Notes: a model not told the origin generated them from the sequence alone. 64,000 nt of DNA from Lingula anatina (GCA_051362555.1 CM120645.1:20398001-20462000), one strand, 5' to 3'; numbered from the stretch's first letter, positions 35,544 through 49,639 are shown. A program made the numbers and translations.

Positions 35544-38500
35544 ATGGCGACAGCATGCCCTCAAAGCCCGCAAAATATTGAGAGAAATCCTGGACTTCAC
35601 AGTAACCACGCAATATTACAAGTTATTAAAGAAAAGATTATGGAAGAGAATGACAGGGTAATTATGACATTTGAAAATTATTTGATTTTTATCATGGCAT
35701 TTGCATCATGGTGTAAGACTTCTTTAAGTATGCAACCACAACTGTAATTTGTCTGAAAACAGAAGTCCACTAAATAAGAATACTGTCACCAATAAGACTG
35801 TCCAGTAAAGGCATTTTTGCTATTTCTCATAGGTAAAAATCAGTTTCGTTTGAAAAGGTTTACCTTTTAATCAGACTGCGTTCTTTTAGTAAATAATCCA
35901 AAAACAAGTGTTGATGTTTTAAAGCTTGTGTTGCAGACATTATATATGTACTCAATTATTCAATTATCTGCGAAATTGGTCCTTTCAGTAACCATCAGCA
36001 ATAGATTAAAACCACCCACATTGGTCATCTACAGTTATTGGCATATTTTTCAGAAGACCGATGTTTTTTATTAATGTTATCGATTGTTGAATAAATATCC
36101 AGACAAATCCAAAAAGAAAAGCATGCAAAAGAATATGATTCTTGCTACGGTCAATTAAGTGTTGTAGTCAACACAATTTCCTACATATGATTAAATTTAT
36201 TGCAGCGACCCTTCTATATCGTTAACTTGGATGACATCGTTGCCAAGCACAAGCATTGGCTGGCACAAATGCCACGTGTCAAACCCTTCTACGCCGTGAA
36301 ATGTAACAACACTGAGCCAGTCGTGAAGACCATTGCGGCACTTGGAGCGGGATTTGACTGCGCCAGCAGTGCCGAGTTCCAGCAGGTTCTAAATCTTGGG
36401 GTGGGTACAGATCGGATAATATATGGCCATCCTTGCAAAGATCCCCAGGATATCAAACTTGCTTCAGAACAAGGAGTCGACCTGATGGCCTTTGACAACG
36501 AGTGTGAATTGGTCAAGATAAAGAGACTCTATCCAAGCGCAAGACTTGTGTTACGGATCCAACCACAAGATGACGAGGATGTATATAAACACGGCAAGAT
36601 GTATGGTTGTGCCTTAGACCAGTGCAAAGAACTTCTCGTGAAGGCGAAAGAAATGGAACTGACTGTCGTGGGTGTCAGGTAGTTCAACAAATGTTTCTAT
36701 TATCCGGTGGCTGTAACATTAATATCATTGAACTACAACTGTTTTGTCTATTCAGAAACTACTGTAGACGCATTGGTTCACAGCTTAATTGAATCACTCT
36801 GTATAAACACAGGTTTGTAAACCATCTTCATACATCTAAATCTCAAATGTATGTATGTATCTCTTTTATCTTCCATATTTAAGTTAACAATTTAAGTTTC
36901 TTTTTGAATTTGTCCAGTGTGATGATAAAAATTAAATGGCCACTAGTTGTTTGGTAATTAATTTAAAGCGAGGTAAGTCCCGTTCACACTATTTTTGTTT
37001 GAATCGTTCACACGAGAGGCTTTACAGCGATAGAATCTAGATTTGGAGTAATTGCAATTCAAAATGCAGTGTGTGAATAGGAAAATACATAGTCACAAGT
37101 TACGCACACCTAAATATAAATTTTGAAATTTAGAATTTTGAAATGATTAAGTTAGTACATGTATATGCATCCGCACTGCATCCTTAATAATTAAAGTAGT
37201 AAAAGTGTGAAATTGAACAATTTTATTATTTGCTATAGTTAGGTATGTAATTCAGTGTTTCACAAAATTATATTTTCCTTAGCTTCCATATCGGTGGCCT
37301 CTGCACTGATTACATGGCCTACCACCACACCATACGCCTGTGCCGTGACATCTTTGATGATGCCAAATCCATGGACTACAACTTCAGCTTACTGGACATT
37401 GGTGGCGGGTTCCCCGGTTATGCAGTCGAAAACAACCCAACATTCTCTGATGCTGCCAAAATCATAAACATGGCGCTAGACGAATATTTCCCTAAAGAAG
37501 AAAATGTTGAAGTCATTGCTGAACCTGGAGCGTACTACGTGCAGTCGGCCTTCACGTTGGCACTACGAGTTATCGGAAAACGAGTTCTACGCTCGGCAAA
37601 CTCAGCCAAGGTTTGTGCATTAATTTTTTTTAAGTTGTGTATGAAGTTAAGTGTTTGATAAACTCTACCAAATGCCATTATATAGTTTCTAATAACATAA
37701 CGTAAAAATTACTAAGGGGTGTCGTTTCATGCATGCCGAAAAATACTATTTGAACATGTTTTCAGCTTTATTTCTTTGCTATATGTTTCACTTGATTGTT
37801 TCTGTCAAGTCTTGAAATTTAGTGCTATTGTGTGCGTAGCAGTAATGCGTAATGTTCTAACTACGTCAGGCAGTTTAACAATCTGAGGGGCGGATAAATA
37901 TATCAAGTTAATGTCCAACAATAAGTTTTTAAGCCATTATTTTGGCAGACCGAGGGATTATATTGGCTTATCTCTTGGCATGACTTAACTTGAGTCGTGT
38001 AAAAAACTTGTAGAAGTGGCTCATGTGAGATATAGGGAAACAACGCTCACTGCATACATGTCTGTAATTTTAATTTTGGCGTTTGCTTACTATTTGTTTA
38101 ACTTTTCGTGACTAATCTATTAGTTTGTATGTCTGATCCGTTTCAAACTACTTTAACATGATCTCTATCTTTTTTCATGTGCCATAAAGGTCTCTCAACA
38201 GTCATACTTCTACTACCTCAATGACGGAATCCATGGGTCATTCTTTTGCAATTTGTTATTTTTGGCTGACAAGCTGGTTAGAAATTTTCACGTTGTAAAG
38301 GTATGTAGCTAATACAATGACCATGAAAAGTATTTACATGAGGTTTCACAAATATCAGGGGCGGATTCAGAGCTATTTTCTGACAGTCTTCCAAATGATC
38401 TTTGTTGATCCTTCCTCCAATTTTGACAGTCTTCCAACAGAAAAAATTAGATATCTTTCAATGTAAACTTGAAAATCTGACCGTCTTCTGGAAGACCCAG

Positions 38501-39020
38501 AAGACGGCTTAAATCCGTTAAATTATATAGGGTAAAATCTGGTAACCACATTGACTGATAGAGTAAAAAATGAGTAAGTAAAAGGTTTATTATCTAAACC
38601 TTTTGGTTATAATCCAAAAATGTTACAGGTTATTTTTTCCTCCTTTTTTTGTTAATTTTTCTTTTTTAAATAATAATAGAGCAATCAACACAGTTATGTT
38701 TTATGCCTAAATACATGTATTTGATTTATATATATATATATATATATTCACACACGATACGCTTTGAAATCATTTTTGGATTATTATAGGACGAGGTCCA
38801 AATGCCGGTCTACCAGAGCACCTTGTGGGGTCCAACACTCAACCCTGATAATCTCCTGGCAGAAAATATCCAACTGCCCGAATTGGACATCGGAGACTGG
38901 TTGTACGTACCTAACATGGGGGCATACACTATTGTGCTTGCATCCTCTTTCAATGGGATTGCTCCGCCGGAACTATTTTATTTTGCGTCTGATGAAATCA
39001 CCTCCGAACTCGGTGCTTAG
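35544..39020 (+). CDS. Ornithine decarboxylase-like / antizyme-inhibitor-like protein, copy 1 (418 aa)
   Basis: Exons 35544-35657, 36206-36678, 37283-37610, 38190-38300, 38790-39020 in frame; PFYAVKCN, GFDCAS, SFHIG, LDIGGGFPG, IAEPG, NDG, NMGAYT motifs; WGPTLN replaces WGPTCD. Confidence 0.9.
38356..38520. mobile_element. Small hAT-like MITE in ODC-like copy 1 last intron
   Basis: Starts CAGGGGCGGATT and ends AAATCCG; absent from the equivalent intron of copy 2. Confidence 0.5.
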
Positions 39021-39445
39021 GGGAGACAGTTGAGGAGTTTGTATATCTGTCTTGATTGGAGCCCATATCAATCACATGTTGAAAAAAACATGGGAACAAT
39101 ATGAACTAAAACGTAGACAATATCAATTAAAACGTATGACATGATCGTAGAAACTTAGAAAAAATTGCCTATTGCTACTTTCAGTTTTAATCCTCATTTT
39201 CCACGCCTCATTTAGGCGTCTTATATTCCTCTTACATTCAGACAGTAACACAGGTATAATCTAGTCTAAGCAGGAAAATGATTTGTATCGTATACCTGGG
39301 TAAAACGAAATTGTTATGCACGGCATATACGGCAACATAATGTACATTCAACATAGTGACTTGCATATCAAAAAGAGTCATTAACACACTCACTTACCAG
39401 AGACAGATTATGCAATAAACATCTTACAAGTTTTACAGCCATTCA

Positions 39446-42400
39446 TAGTCCAGGAAATTGGTGAAAATTGTGCATTTTTTACCTACAAGCATGAAATTTG
39501 GCACACTTATGGACAATAAAATTCTAAGCAAATTTGGATATATGGGCATGTCTGAAAATTCCAAAATGGCCGGCAAAACCAATATGGCCACCAAAATACC
39601 TTTTCAAATTAAAACTTCAAGTACATAGTCTTCTAATGACTTAAAATATCATATAAAGGTTAGAAACCACCATGGTATGAATCCTTCAGGTGTATTAAAT
39701 CCAAAATGGCCGCCAAAAGTAAAAAAAGCAGACCATTTATTCAAGATATCCATTTGAATGGGGAATTCATCAAGCACTTAAAACTACAAGCATAAAATTT
39801 GGCAGGTTTGTGGAAAATGAAATTCTGAGCAAGTTTGGATGTATGGGCATATCCGAAAATTTAAAAATGGCCTTCAAATTCAAGATGGCCTCCAAAAATA
39901 CGGCTTCTAATTAAAACTTCAAGTATATAGTCTTTTAAGGGCGTAAATATCATACAATCGTTAAAAAACACCACGGTATGAATTTAGAATCAATATTTGC
40001 TTTTTTAGGTGTATTAAATCCAAAATGGCCGCCAATAGTAAAAAGCACTCTACTAATCCAAGATATCCAGCAGAGTGGTTAATTCATCAAAAACTACAAG
40101 CATGGCATTTGGTACAGTTGTAAAACAGGATTCCATGCACTTTTGGATGTATGAGCATGTCTAAACATTTCAATATATGGCCCCCAAATCCAATATAGCC
40201 GACACAAATACCCGTTCAAATTAAAACTTCAAGTATATATAATAATATAATAACTTAAGATAACATTTTATGGTTAGACAAGACTATGGTATGCATGAAG
40301 TATCAATATTTGATTCTTTAAGTGTATAGAGATCCAAAATGGCCCCCAAAAATAAGAAAAACAGGCCACTCACAGCAGCAGTATGGTGAATTCATCATGC
40401 ACTTAAAACTACAAGCATGAAAATTGGCTCAATTGTACAGAACAGGATTCTAAGCAATTTGTTATATAGGGACATGTCTGAATATTCTAATATGGCCACT
40501 AAAACCCTTTTAAAGTAAAAAAAAGACTACTATATAATATGACTGACAACAGTCTTTACTCTTTTTTGGTTTTTCGCTCCTTTAGTTATATTTAGACCCA
40601 AATGACCATAAAAAATGGAACAGGACTCCTTTTGGTCTAGTTGTGACACCACATGCAGCAATTCTATAAATGTCAAGGATATGAAAATGTCAAGGTATTT
40701 TCACAAATAAGTTTCAAATTAACGAAAGTTATTTTATCAAGTAAGTGTTGCACATTTTATGGGCGGTCAACCTTTTACTTTAGTAAATGGACAATATCTC
40801 AACAGAGGATAACAGCTAGCTACACCGAAATTTCTACTTATTTGGTTAAATAATTTTCATTCATTAATGTGTGCCTAAGCTTTACTAGTAGTTGTGTTTC
40901 CCTCAGCTTTCCCATTATTTCCTTAAAGCTAAAGCTTCTACATGTAATCCACTTTCCCCAACAAAATACCAAGAGGCATTGGTCGTTTTTAACACCAGAA
41001 AGCATCAGTTTACATGCATGAGGGTCAATAGGAATATGAAAGTGTGGAAGGGCATATTAGTAGATGTAGGTTACTAGTGTGAACCCTTATAGCACCAGTC
41101 TTCCAATGCTTCTGACTCCCCTCACCACAGTTAGCAACTGCACACATAACTACAAACAGATGTGGTAGGAGCTTCCTGGTAGATTTTGTAAGCTGGGTAA
41201 GTGAATACTTCTCATGGCTTCATTCTGGATTGTCCCACAGAGACAATGATGCCGGAAATCTCATGAATTTTTACCTTTCAAAGTCCATATTGCACTAATT
41301 TCTTGATGTAATCCTCAGAATACATCGTTTTTTGAAGTTTTGTATGTATTAACTGTCTGGAGGATTTTAATTCTTTTATTTTCATGTTCAGTTTTTTGAA
41401 AGTATAAGTTTGTAACTAAACAAGTTGCCAAATGATCAAATGAAAACCAAAGTTTGGCGCCTATAGATCAGTGCTTCTTTTTTAGTGCACGAAGTGTGAA
41501 GTCTGCAATGCAACTCTTGGATACAGCACGTATCAACACCTGCCCTCTGTTTGGGGTACAGGTATTTCTTTGCTCATAAATTTTCACTAAATTCTCGGTG
41601 GCCATTACTGCGAATGTACTAAAGCCAATTTTTTAAATAAGAAGCTTTTCTAATTTACTTTTGAAGCACAAGATAACATCATAACATTATCGAGTGCAAA
41701 TGTGCCCCGCTTTTAGTACTTTACCAATGAAAAACACCAAATTGTTGAGACCTGTATGTTTGATTAGCTGTCATTTTTGTTATATTTATGAGCATTTGAT
41801 GAAGCGCCATGCACTGATCTAGCTGAAGAATCATAACCAACAGACAAAATTGGTACACCCCAAGTTTTTTATATTTGCCTCTTTAAGGCTAAGTTATTCT
41901 GGTGTTTCTTTCACATTTTATGGATTTTGCATGATACTTTTTTTCTTAGAAAGGGGGAGTCACTCATGAGTGCCATATAAGAAGATTGCTAACTGGGAAT
42001 TGATCTAAATAAGAATCCAGAGCAAAAAGTCAAACTACTTATGTTGGTTTATCAAAAGAAGGACTTTTTCAGTACATAATAAATGTATCATGCTTGATGG
42101 TTTTTTAAAAACTCTGTAGAATAGCTCCTGCACAGGTAGGAATATGCTGATTATACAGGTAGTTTGCAAAGCCCACATGCCTATTCCCGAGTCATTACAA
42201 TTCAATAGTTGTGGTCTGCTGACTTTTGGAGGCCATTTTGGAATTTTAAAACCTTAAGTGGCAGATACTGATACTTCATACATACAATGGTATTTTCTAA
42301 CCATTAAATGATATTTTTATAAAAGACTATACAAATAACTTTCACCTTGAAAGGGTATTTTGGGGGCAATATTGAAATTGGCTGCCATATTGGAATTTTC

Positions 42401-42841
42401 AGACATGCCCCTATATCCAACGTTGCTTAGAATCATGTTCTACATAACTGTGCCAATTTTTATGCTTGTAATTGTAAGTGCTTGATGATTTTACAAAACT
42501 GCTGCATATTTTGCGTAAGTAAACTGCTTATTTTACTTTTGGAGGCCATTTTGGAATTCTATACACCTGTAGAAGCGGATATTGATAAGTCATTTATAGC
42601 ATGATATTTTCCAGCTATAAAATGATATTCTTAACCATTTTAGGACTATATATTAGATGTTTTAATTTAAAAGAGTATTTGTGGCGGCCATATTGGATTT
42701 GGCGGCCATACTGGAATTTTCAGACATGCCCATATATCCAAAAAAGCTTAGAATTCCATTATCTACAACTGTGGCAAATTTCATGCTTGTAGGTAAAAAA
42801 CGCACAATTCACCCTTTTTTCTGCACCAATTTCTTGGACTA
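39446..42841. mobile_element. Non-autonomous Academ-like DNA transposon (3.4 kb) with long subterminal repeats
   Basis: TAGTCCAGGAAATTGGTG ... CACCAATTTCTTGGACTA termini with 3-bp TSD TCA; ~300-bp subterminal repeats rich in CAAAATGGCCGCC in inverted orientation at both ends. TAG...CTA ends with a 3-4-bp TSD fit Academ. Confidence 0.75.
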
Positions 42842-43374
42842 TCATTATTCTGTAGCAGCCAACCAGAACTGCTGACGCAATACTGGTATAATCAAGTCTG
42901 AGCAGGAAAATTATTTGTGCCGTATGCTAGGGCAAAACGATTTTTTGTCATATAAGGCAACATTATGCCCATTGAACATAGTGACTCGAATAACACACTT
43001 ACCACAGACAGATTGTGCAATAAGTTTGTTAACAGTTTTGCAGTGCAGGTGAATATAAACCTACGTGAAGACCATTAGAAAGGTCCTTCACTTTTCTTGA
43101 TGCCAGTTGCACATGTTAGAAGGTAAATTAATGAAGACTAGCCGGTAAGCCATTTATCGTTTATCTATGTAAATCAATGAAGACATTTTCAAACTTTGCG
43201 TTTATTTATTTCACCATGGTAGATTGCCAACACAAACGTCTAGGTTGGCGATGCTGAAAAATCCTGGAGTACGTAATGCCAGTGCATTAATGATCCAACA
43301 TAAGATTAAGTATTTTACATAAGAGGTGAGGATTTCTCACGTGGGCCTGCCTATCTCAAAACACCCCCGTGCCA

Positions 43375-45745
43375 AATCAGGTTAAAGTATCAGTATGACA
43401 AAAAATGAGGATGCGGGGGGGGATCGGTTCCTTAAATTTCTCCTTTACCTGAGCACCAACGAAAAGCGTTTTTACGCTAATTAAATGACACTTAGAACTC
43501 CAAAACCAGACAGCGATTTTTCTTAGTCTTAGGGACCATTCCCAGACCCTATCGTACACATCTATCTCCTAGGGGGTTCTGGCTAAATTGCAATCAACTA
43601 AAGTGGCTTAGATGTCTGTCACGCCCACTGAAGCTGATAGGGGGTAATTATCTATCGCTCAATAGCTTAGGTAGGCGTGTCAGACATCTAAAATCCCCTA
43701 AAGCTGAGAGCAATTTAGCGAAAAACCCCTTGAAGGTAGACCGATCCTGTTAGAATGATCTAGGTATGGGAACCCAGACAACAGGTAAGTTCTAATTGAC
43801 CCTCAAATCCAAGATGACTGCCAGCCACAAATTTGTTAACGGTTAAGGGATACTTGTAATTCACCAACTTAAGCCCTTGCTCTTACACAAGCATGCTATA
43901 CATCGTTTTCATCATTTTTGGGTGTAGAAGTCATGTGTGGTATCACCTGTAAGATATTATGCAAGTAGAAATTATTGCAAGGCTCTAACACCAATATAGG
44001 CCCAAGTCTTCGCATTCACTTGGATACGTCTTGAAGTCTAATTAGTACAAAAGTATTTTATATAACAATTTTAAATGGATATCGCCAGACCTAGAAACAA
44101 GTGCAAGTGACCAGAATGGCTTAATTGACGTTATGATGACCACATTTGAACTGTTGGACTTCAATATGATTGTAATACAGAACAATAAAAAAGGCAAGTG
44201 AATTCCAAGATTAATTACATCATACCATTAGTTGTCACTTGCTGTAGATGTGCTTGTTCGTCCATTGGAAACAATTAAAACTATGTAGTCGCCTTGAGGA
44301 TTTCTATTGGTAGAGAGATGGCTGGTCTAGGCAAATTGTGCTAGGAAGGGTCACTGTCACTGTCAACTAGGGAAGGAGGCTGCTTCCTGGAGACTTTCTG
44401 CATTATGCCCCCTTGGCTACCTGCGCTGCTGCAGTTGTCTCGTTGGTTTTGCAGGTTCTCTCTTTTGTGAAAAGATACCACTTTCCTCTGAGGCAACTTG
44501 TTCCCATGCAATGATGCAAATGATGAATGTTTTTTGTGAGGGGTTGCTCTTTTGGCTGCTGCACCTGATGGTTTGTTAGTTAGAACAGTATTTTATATGA
44601 CGTATGATCAAGCATGCAGACTACATGTCCTATCCAGCTATGCTATAACTGCATCAGGATGGATCAATTGCTCAAGGTTAAACATCTGATCATGAGGACC
44701 TCAGCGTTGGAATTTTTTCTTGCAACTTAATGTTTTAACATGAAAGTTGTTCTAGCAGTATGTTTTGTGGAAGTGTCTCAGCTTCTTTGTGTGGTGTTGT
44801 TAGCCTGTCTACAATTCATAGCCAAAGCAGGTGGTCACAGGTAAGAACATTGGTGCAGCTAACCTTGACCACATGGTGATGTTTCTTCTTTACCACATAT
44901 TTTGTGCAATATGTAGTAAGAAGCACTTAGTAAAGCAAGTCACCCAAAGTTAAAGATATTCCATGAGGGATCCTAGCACAGATAGGATCTTGTGTACATG
45001 TAGCTGTTAGGGTACTGACATTACCAGTTTGTTGATGCCTCACTGTCTGAGAACCAAAAAAACTTCGGCAAGAGCCTGTCTCAGCCCATCCAGTGCTAGA
45101 CATCAGTCTTCCGTGATCAATATCTTTCATGGGAAACTCTATGGAATTCAAATCAGATGAATAACCATTTAGACCAGTTTCCTAACGTCTTGCGTATTGA
45201 ATTTTTTTTTTGCCCGGTGAAGTTGGGCATTGTCATTTCTGGAAATCATCTCTCCATTGCATTCAAGTTGCAACCATAAGTGTATCACACCCTTTGTTCA
45301 TAATCTACCAAAATTCCAAGCCCTTTCCTTTGGGGATTTTGTATTACATCAATCCATATTATCTCATTTATTGTCCAAATTATTCTAGCTAGTCATTGCC
45401 CTCTTCTCTTCTAATAAATAAATAATTAACGTGCTCTCCCAAATTGATGAAACATTAACCTATCCCCTATAAACATGCCATTACCTATATAAACATTATT
45501 GTAACATAATTATTATTTTAGGTATCCAAATGTTCCCAAGCTCAATGAAGCTCTGTTTTGGTCATAAATAAATAAGACTAAATCCACATGGCTGGAAAAT
45601 AGTCTTTTATTGAAATTATTGAAAATCAAAATAACAAAAATTAGGAATAAACAAAGACAATATCAAATAAAGTTATAACCAAAACATCCCCAACACAGCA
45701 TAGCAAAATATTGGCAAAAATAGGAAAACAATGGCCACAAGATGG
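43375..45745. mobile_element. Probable decayed transposon sequence in intron 1 of ODC-like copy 2
   Basis: Absent from the homologous intron of copy 1 (homology stops after CAAAACACCCCCGTG and resumes at CTAGAGAAGCT); only short broken ORFs; family not identified. Confidence 0.4.
43532..43775. mobile_element. Diverged relative of MITE family A
   Basis: TTA followed by GGGACCATTCCCAGA; internal GCTAAATTGC, GGGGTAATTA, GCAATTTAGCG motifs shared with family A. Confidence 0.6.
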
Positions 45746-45935
45746 TACATCTAGAGAAGCTGACATCCCCACCAAGGTAACTCATGATACTCAGAATGTA
45801 TTTTTTTTTTCTTTCTGCCAAAGTAAACATACCGAGCTATTTTCAGAACCTTTAATTATTTACAATTAATTTTTTCAGATTGTTACAAATATTATAAAGG
45901 GAAAGATAACGCAACTGCTTTTTAAAGAGAACAAA

Positions 45936-48900
45936 ATGGCGACAGCACACCCTCAAAGCCCGCAAAATATTGAGAAAAATCCTGGACTGCACAGTCACCA
46001 CGCAGTATTACAAGTTATTAAGGAAAAGATTATGGAAGTGAATGACAGGGTAATTACGACATTTGAAAATTATTTGATTTTTATCATAGCATTTGCATTA
46101 TGACGTAAGACTTCTTTAAATGCAACCACAACTGTAATAAGTCTGAAAACAGAAGTCCACTAAATAAGAATACTGTCACCAATAAGACTGTCCAGTAAAG
46201 GCGTTTATGCTATTTCTCATAGGTTAAAAATCAGTTTCGTTTGAGGAGATTTACCTTTTTATCAGACTGCGTTCTTTTAGTTTTCTACTTGATAACAAGT
46301 GTTGATAATTTAAGGCTTGTGTTGCAGACAATGTGTATTCAATTACAGTATTCAATTATCGGCGAAATTGGTCCTTTCAGTAACCATCGGCAATAGATTG
46401 AAATCACCCACATTGGTCATCTACAGTAATTGGTATTTTTTTCAGAGGACCGACATTTTTGTCAATGTTATTTGATTGTTGTATAAGTATCCAGACAAAT
46501 CCAAATCGGAAAGCATCCAAAAAGAATATTATTTATGCTACGGTCAATTTAGGGTTGTTGTCAACACAATTTCCTACGTATGATTACATTTATTGCAGCG
46601 ACCCTTCTATATCGTTAACTTGGATGACATCGTTGACAAGCACAAGCAGTGGCTGGCACAAATGCCACGTGTCAAACCCTTCTACGCCGTGAAATGTAAC
46701 AACACTGAGCCAGTCGTGAAGACGATTGCGGCACTTGGAGCGGGGTTTTACTGCGCCAGCAGTGCTGAGTTCCAGCAGGTTCTAAATCTTGGGGTGGGGA
46801 CAGATCGGATAAAATATGGCCATCCTTGCAAAGATCCCCAAGATATCAAACTTGCTTCAAAACAAGGAGTCGACCTAATGGCCTTTGACAACGAGTGTGA
46901 ATTGTTCAAGATAAAGAGACTCTATCCAAGTGCAAGACTTGTGTTACGGATCCAACCACAAGATGACGAGGATGTATATAAACACGGCAAGATGTATGGT
47001 TGTGCCTTAGACCAATGCAAAGAACTTCTCGCGAAGGCAAAAGAAATGGAACTGACCGTCGTGGGTGTCAGGTAGTTCAACAACTGTTACTATTATCCGG
47101 TGGCTGTAACATTAATATCATTGAACTACATCTGTTTTGTCTATTCAGAAACTGCTGGAGACGCACTGGTTCACAGCTCAATTGAATTACTGTGTATAAA
47201 CACGGTTTTGTAAACCATCTTCACACATCTAAATCTTAAATGTATGCATGTATCTGTGTAATCTTCCACATTTAAGTTAACAATGAAAACTTGAGGGTAG
47301 AATTTTGAAATTATTAAATTAGTACATGTATATGCATCTGCACTGCATCCTTAATAATTAAAGTAGTAAGAGTGTGAAATTGAACAATTTTATTATTTGC
47401 TATAGTTCGGTATGTAATTCAGTGTTTCACAAAATTTTATTTTCCTTAGCTTCCATATCGGTGGCCTCTGCACTGATTACATGGCCTACCACCACACCAT
47501 ACGCTTGTGCCGTGACATCTTTGATGAAGCCAAATCCATGGACTACAACCTCAACTTACTGGACATTGGTGGTGGGTTCGCCGGTTATGCAGTCGAAAAC
47601 AATCCAACGTTCTCTGATGCTGCCAAAGTCATAAACATGGCGCTAGACGAATATTTCCCAAAAGAAGAAAATTTTGAAGTCATTGCTGAACCTGGAGTGT
47701 ACTACGTGCAGTCGGCCTTCACCTTGGCACTAAGAGTTATCGGAAAACGAGTTTTACGCTCGGCAACCTCGGCCAAGGTTTGTGCATTTAAATTTTTCGT
47801 AAAGTTCCGTATGAAGTTAAATGTTTGATAAACCCGACTAAATCCCATTATATATTTTCAAATATCATAACGTGAAGAAGTACTAAAGGGTGTTGTCTCG
47901 GGTATCCCGAAAAATACTTTTTGAACAACTTTTCCCCTTTATTTCTGTGCTTTGTGTATCACTCGATCGTTGCTGTCAAATCTTATTTGAAATTTAATGC
48001 TATTGTGGGCGCAGCAGTAATGCGTCATGCATTTACTACGTCTGGCAGACTTTAACAAACCGAGGGGCGGAAAAAATGTCAAGTTTACGACCAGAAATTT
48101 GAAAAAAGTGAAGTTTTTTTTTATTTTGGCAGACCGAGGGATTAAATTGGCTTATCCCTTGGCATGACTTAATATGAGTCGTGTAAGAAATTAGTAGAAG
48201 AACTAGTAGAAGTGGCGATATAAATGTGCGATATAAGGAATCCACGCTCACTCCATACATGTCTGTAACTTTAATTCTTGGTGTATGCTTCCTTCCCGAG
48301 TAAGTGTTCGTGACTTATATATCAGTTTGTATGTCTGATCCGCCTGAAACTATTTTTAAGCTGGTCCCTGTTTTTTTTTTTTTTTTTTTTTTTTTTTCAT
48401 GTGCCTTATAGGTCTCTGAACAGTCATACTTCTACTACGTCAATGATGGGATCCATGGGTCATTCTGTATCATTAAGTCATTTATGGCTGATAAGCTGGT
48501 TGGAAATTTCCACGTCTTAAAGGTATGTATCTGAGACAATAATCACAAAGAATATTTATATGAGGTTTCACTAATTTTGGGTAAAATTTGGTAACCAGAT
48601 TTACTGATTGAGTGACAATGCAGTTGGTAAAGGGTGTATTATCTTAACATTTCGGTTATAATCCAAAAATGTAAATGGCTATTTCCCCCTTTTTTATTAA
48701 ATGAATATAGAGCAATGAACACAGTTATGTTTTTATTTTTAAATATCCTGATATGTATATCACGATACGCTGTGTAATCAAATTGGGATCATTATAGGAC
48801 GACGTCCAAATGCCGGTCTACCAGAGCACCTTATGGGGTCCCACACTCAACCCTGATGATCTCCTGGCACAGAACATCCAACTGCCCGAACTGGACATCG

Positions 48901-49028
48901 GAGACTGGTTGTACGTGCCTAACATGGGGGCGTACACTATTGTGCTTGCATCCTCCTTCAATGGGATTGCTCCGCCGGAACTATTTTATTTTGCGTCTGA
49001 TGAAATCACCTCCGGACTCGGTGATTAG
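45936..49028 (+). CDS. Ornithine decarboxylase-like / antizyme-inhibitor-like protein, copy 2 (418 aa)
   Basis: Exons 45936-46049, 46599-47071, 47450-47777, 48412-48522, 48798-49028; same structure as copy 1 with extra changes GFYCAS, RIKY, GGGFAG. Confidence 0.88.
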
Positions 49029-49639
49029 GGGAGACAGTTGGGGAGTTTGTATTCCTGTCTTGATTGGAGAATCACACATGTTGAAAAAACAATGGAAATA
49101 ATATCAACTAAACATTGCCGTAGAAAAATTAGAAAAAAATCGCCTATTGCTACAAACGGTTTTAATCCTCATTTTTATCTGGGTCATTTTTATACCACAC
49201 CAATAACTAGCGTTCTCGTCGGCACAGCATATTTTATACCTATCAGCTAGGTAGTAGGCATTTTATATTCAGCGTACTTATGTGTATAAACAGTAATTTG
49301 TTAACATGTTAGCTGCATGCAAGTCCGCCAGGGCTCCGTAACTCGAAAGCATCGCGAATTGCGACCGAGCGCAAGCGCCTCTATTCCATAACTGGAGATT
49401 TACTCGCCCCATGTAATAGCCTAGCCTCGAAATGAATGTTGAGTTGACTGAAGAAAAACAAGAATATGATCAACTCATCCAAGCACTACACTATCTTAGT
49501 TCATAAATGGTTTCTTGTTTCATGTTGGGTTCTAAACAATATCAACCTCACCATTTTCGTTCTAAAACCAACTACAGGAAGTAGACGTTTAAAACGTAAT
49601 TTAATATCTATGTCAGACTCAATTAAACCACAGACCTGA

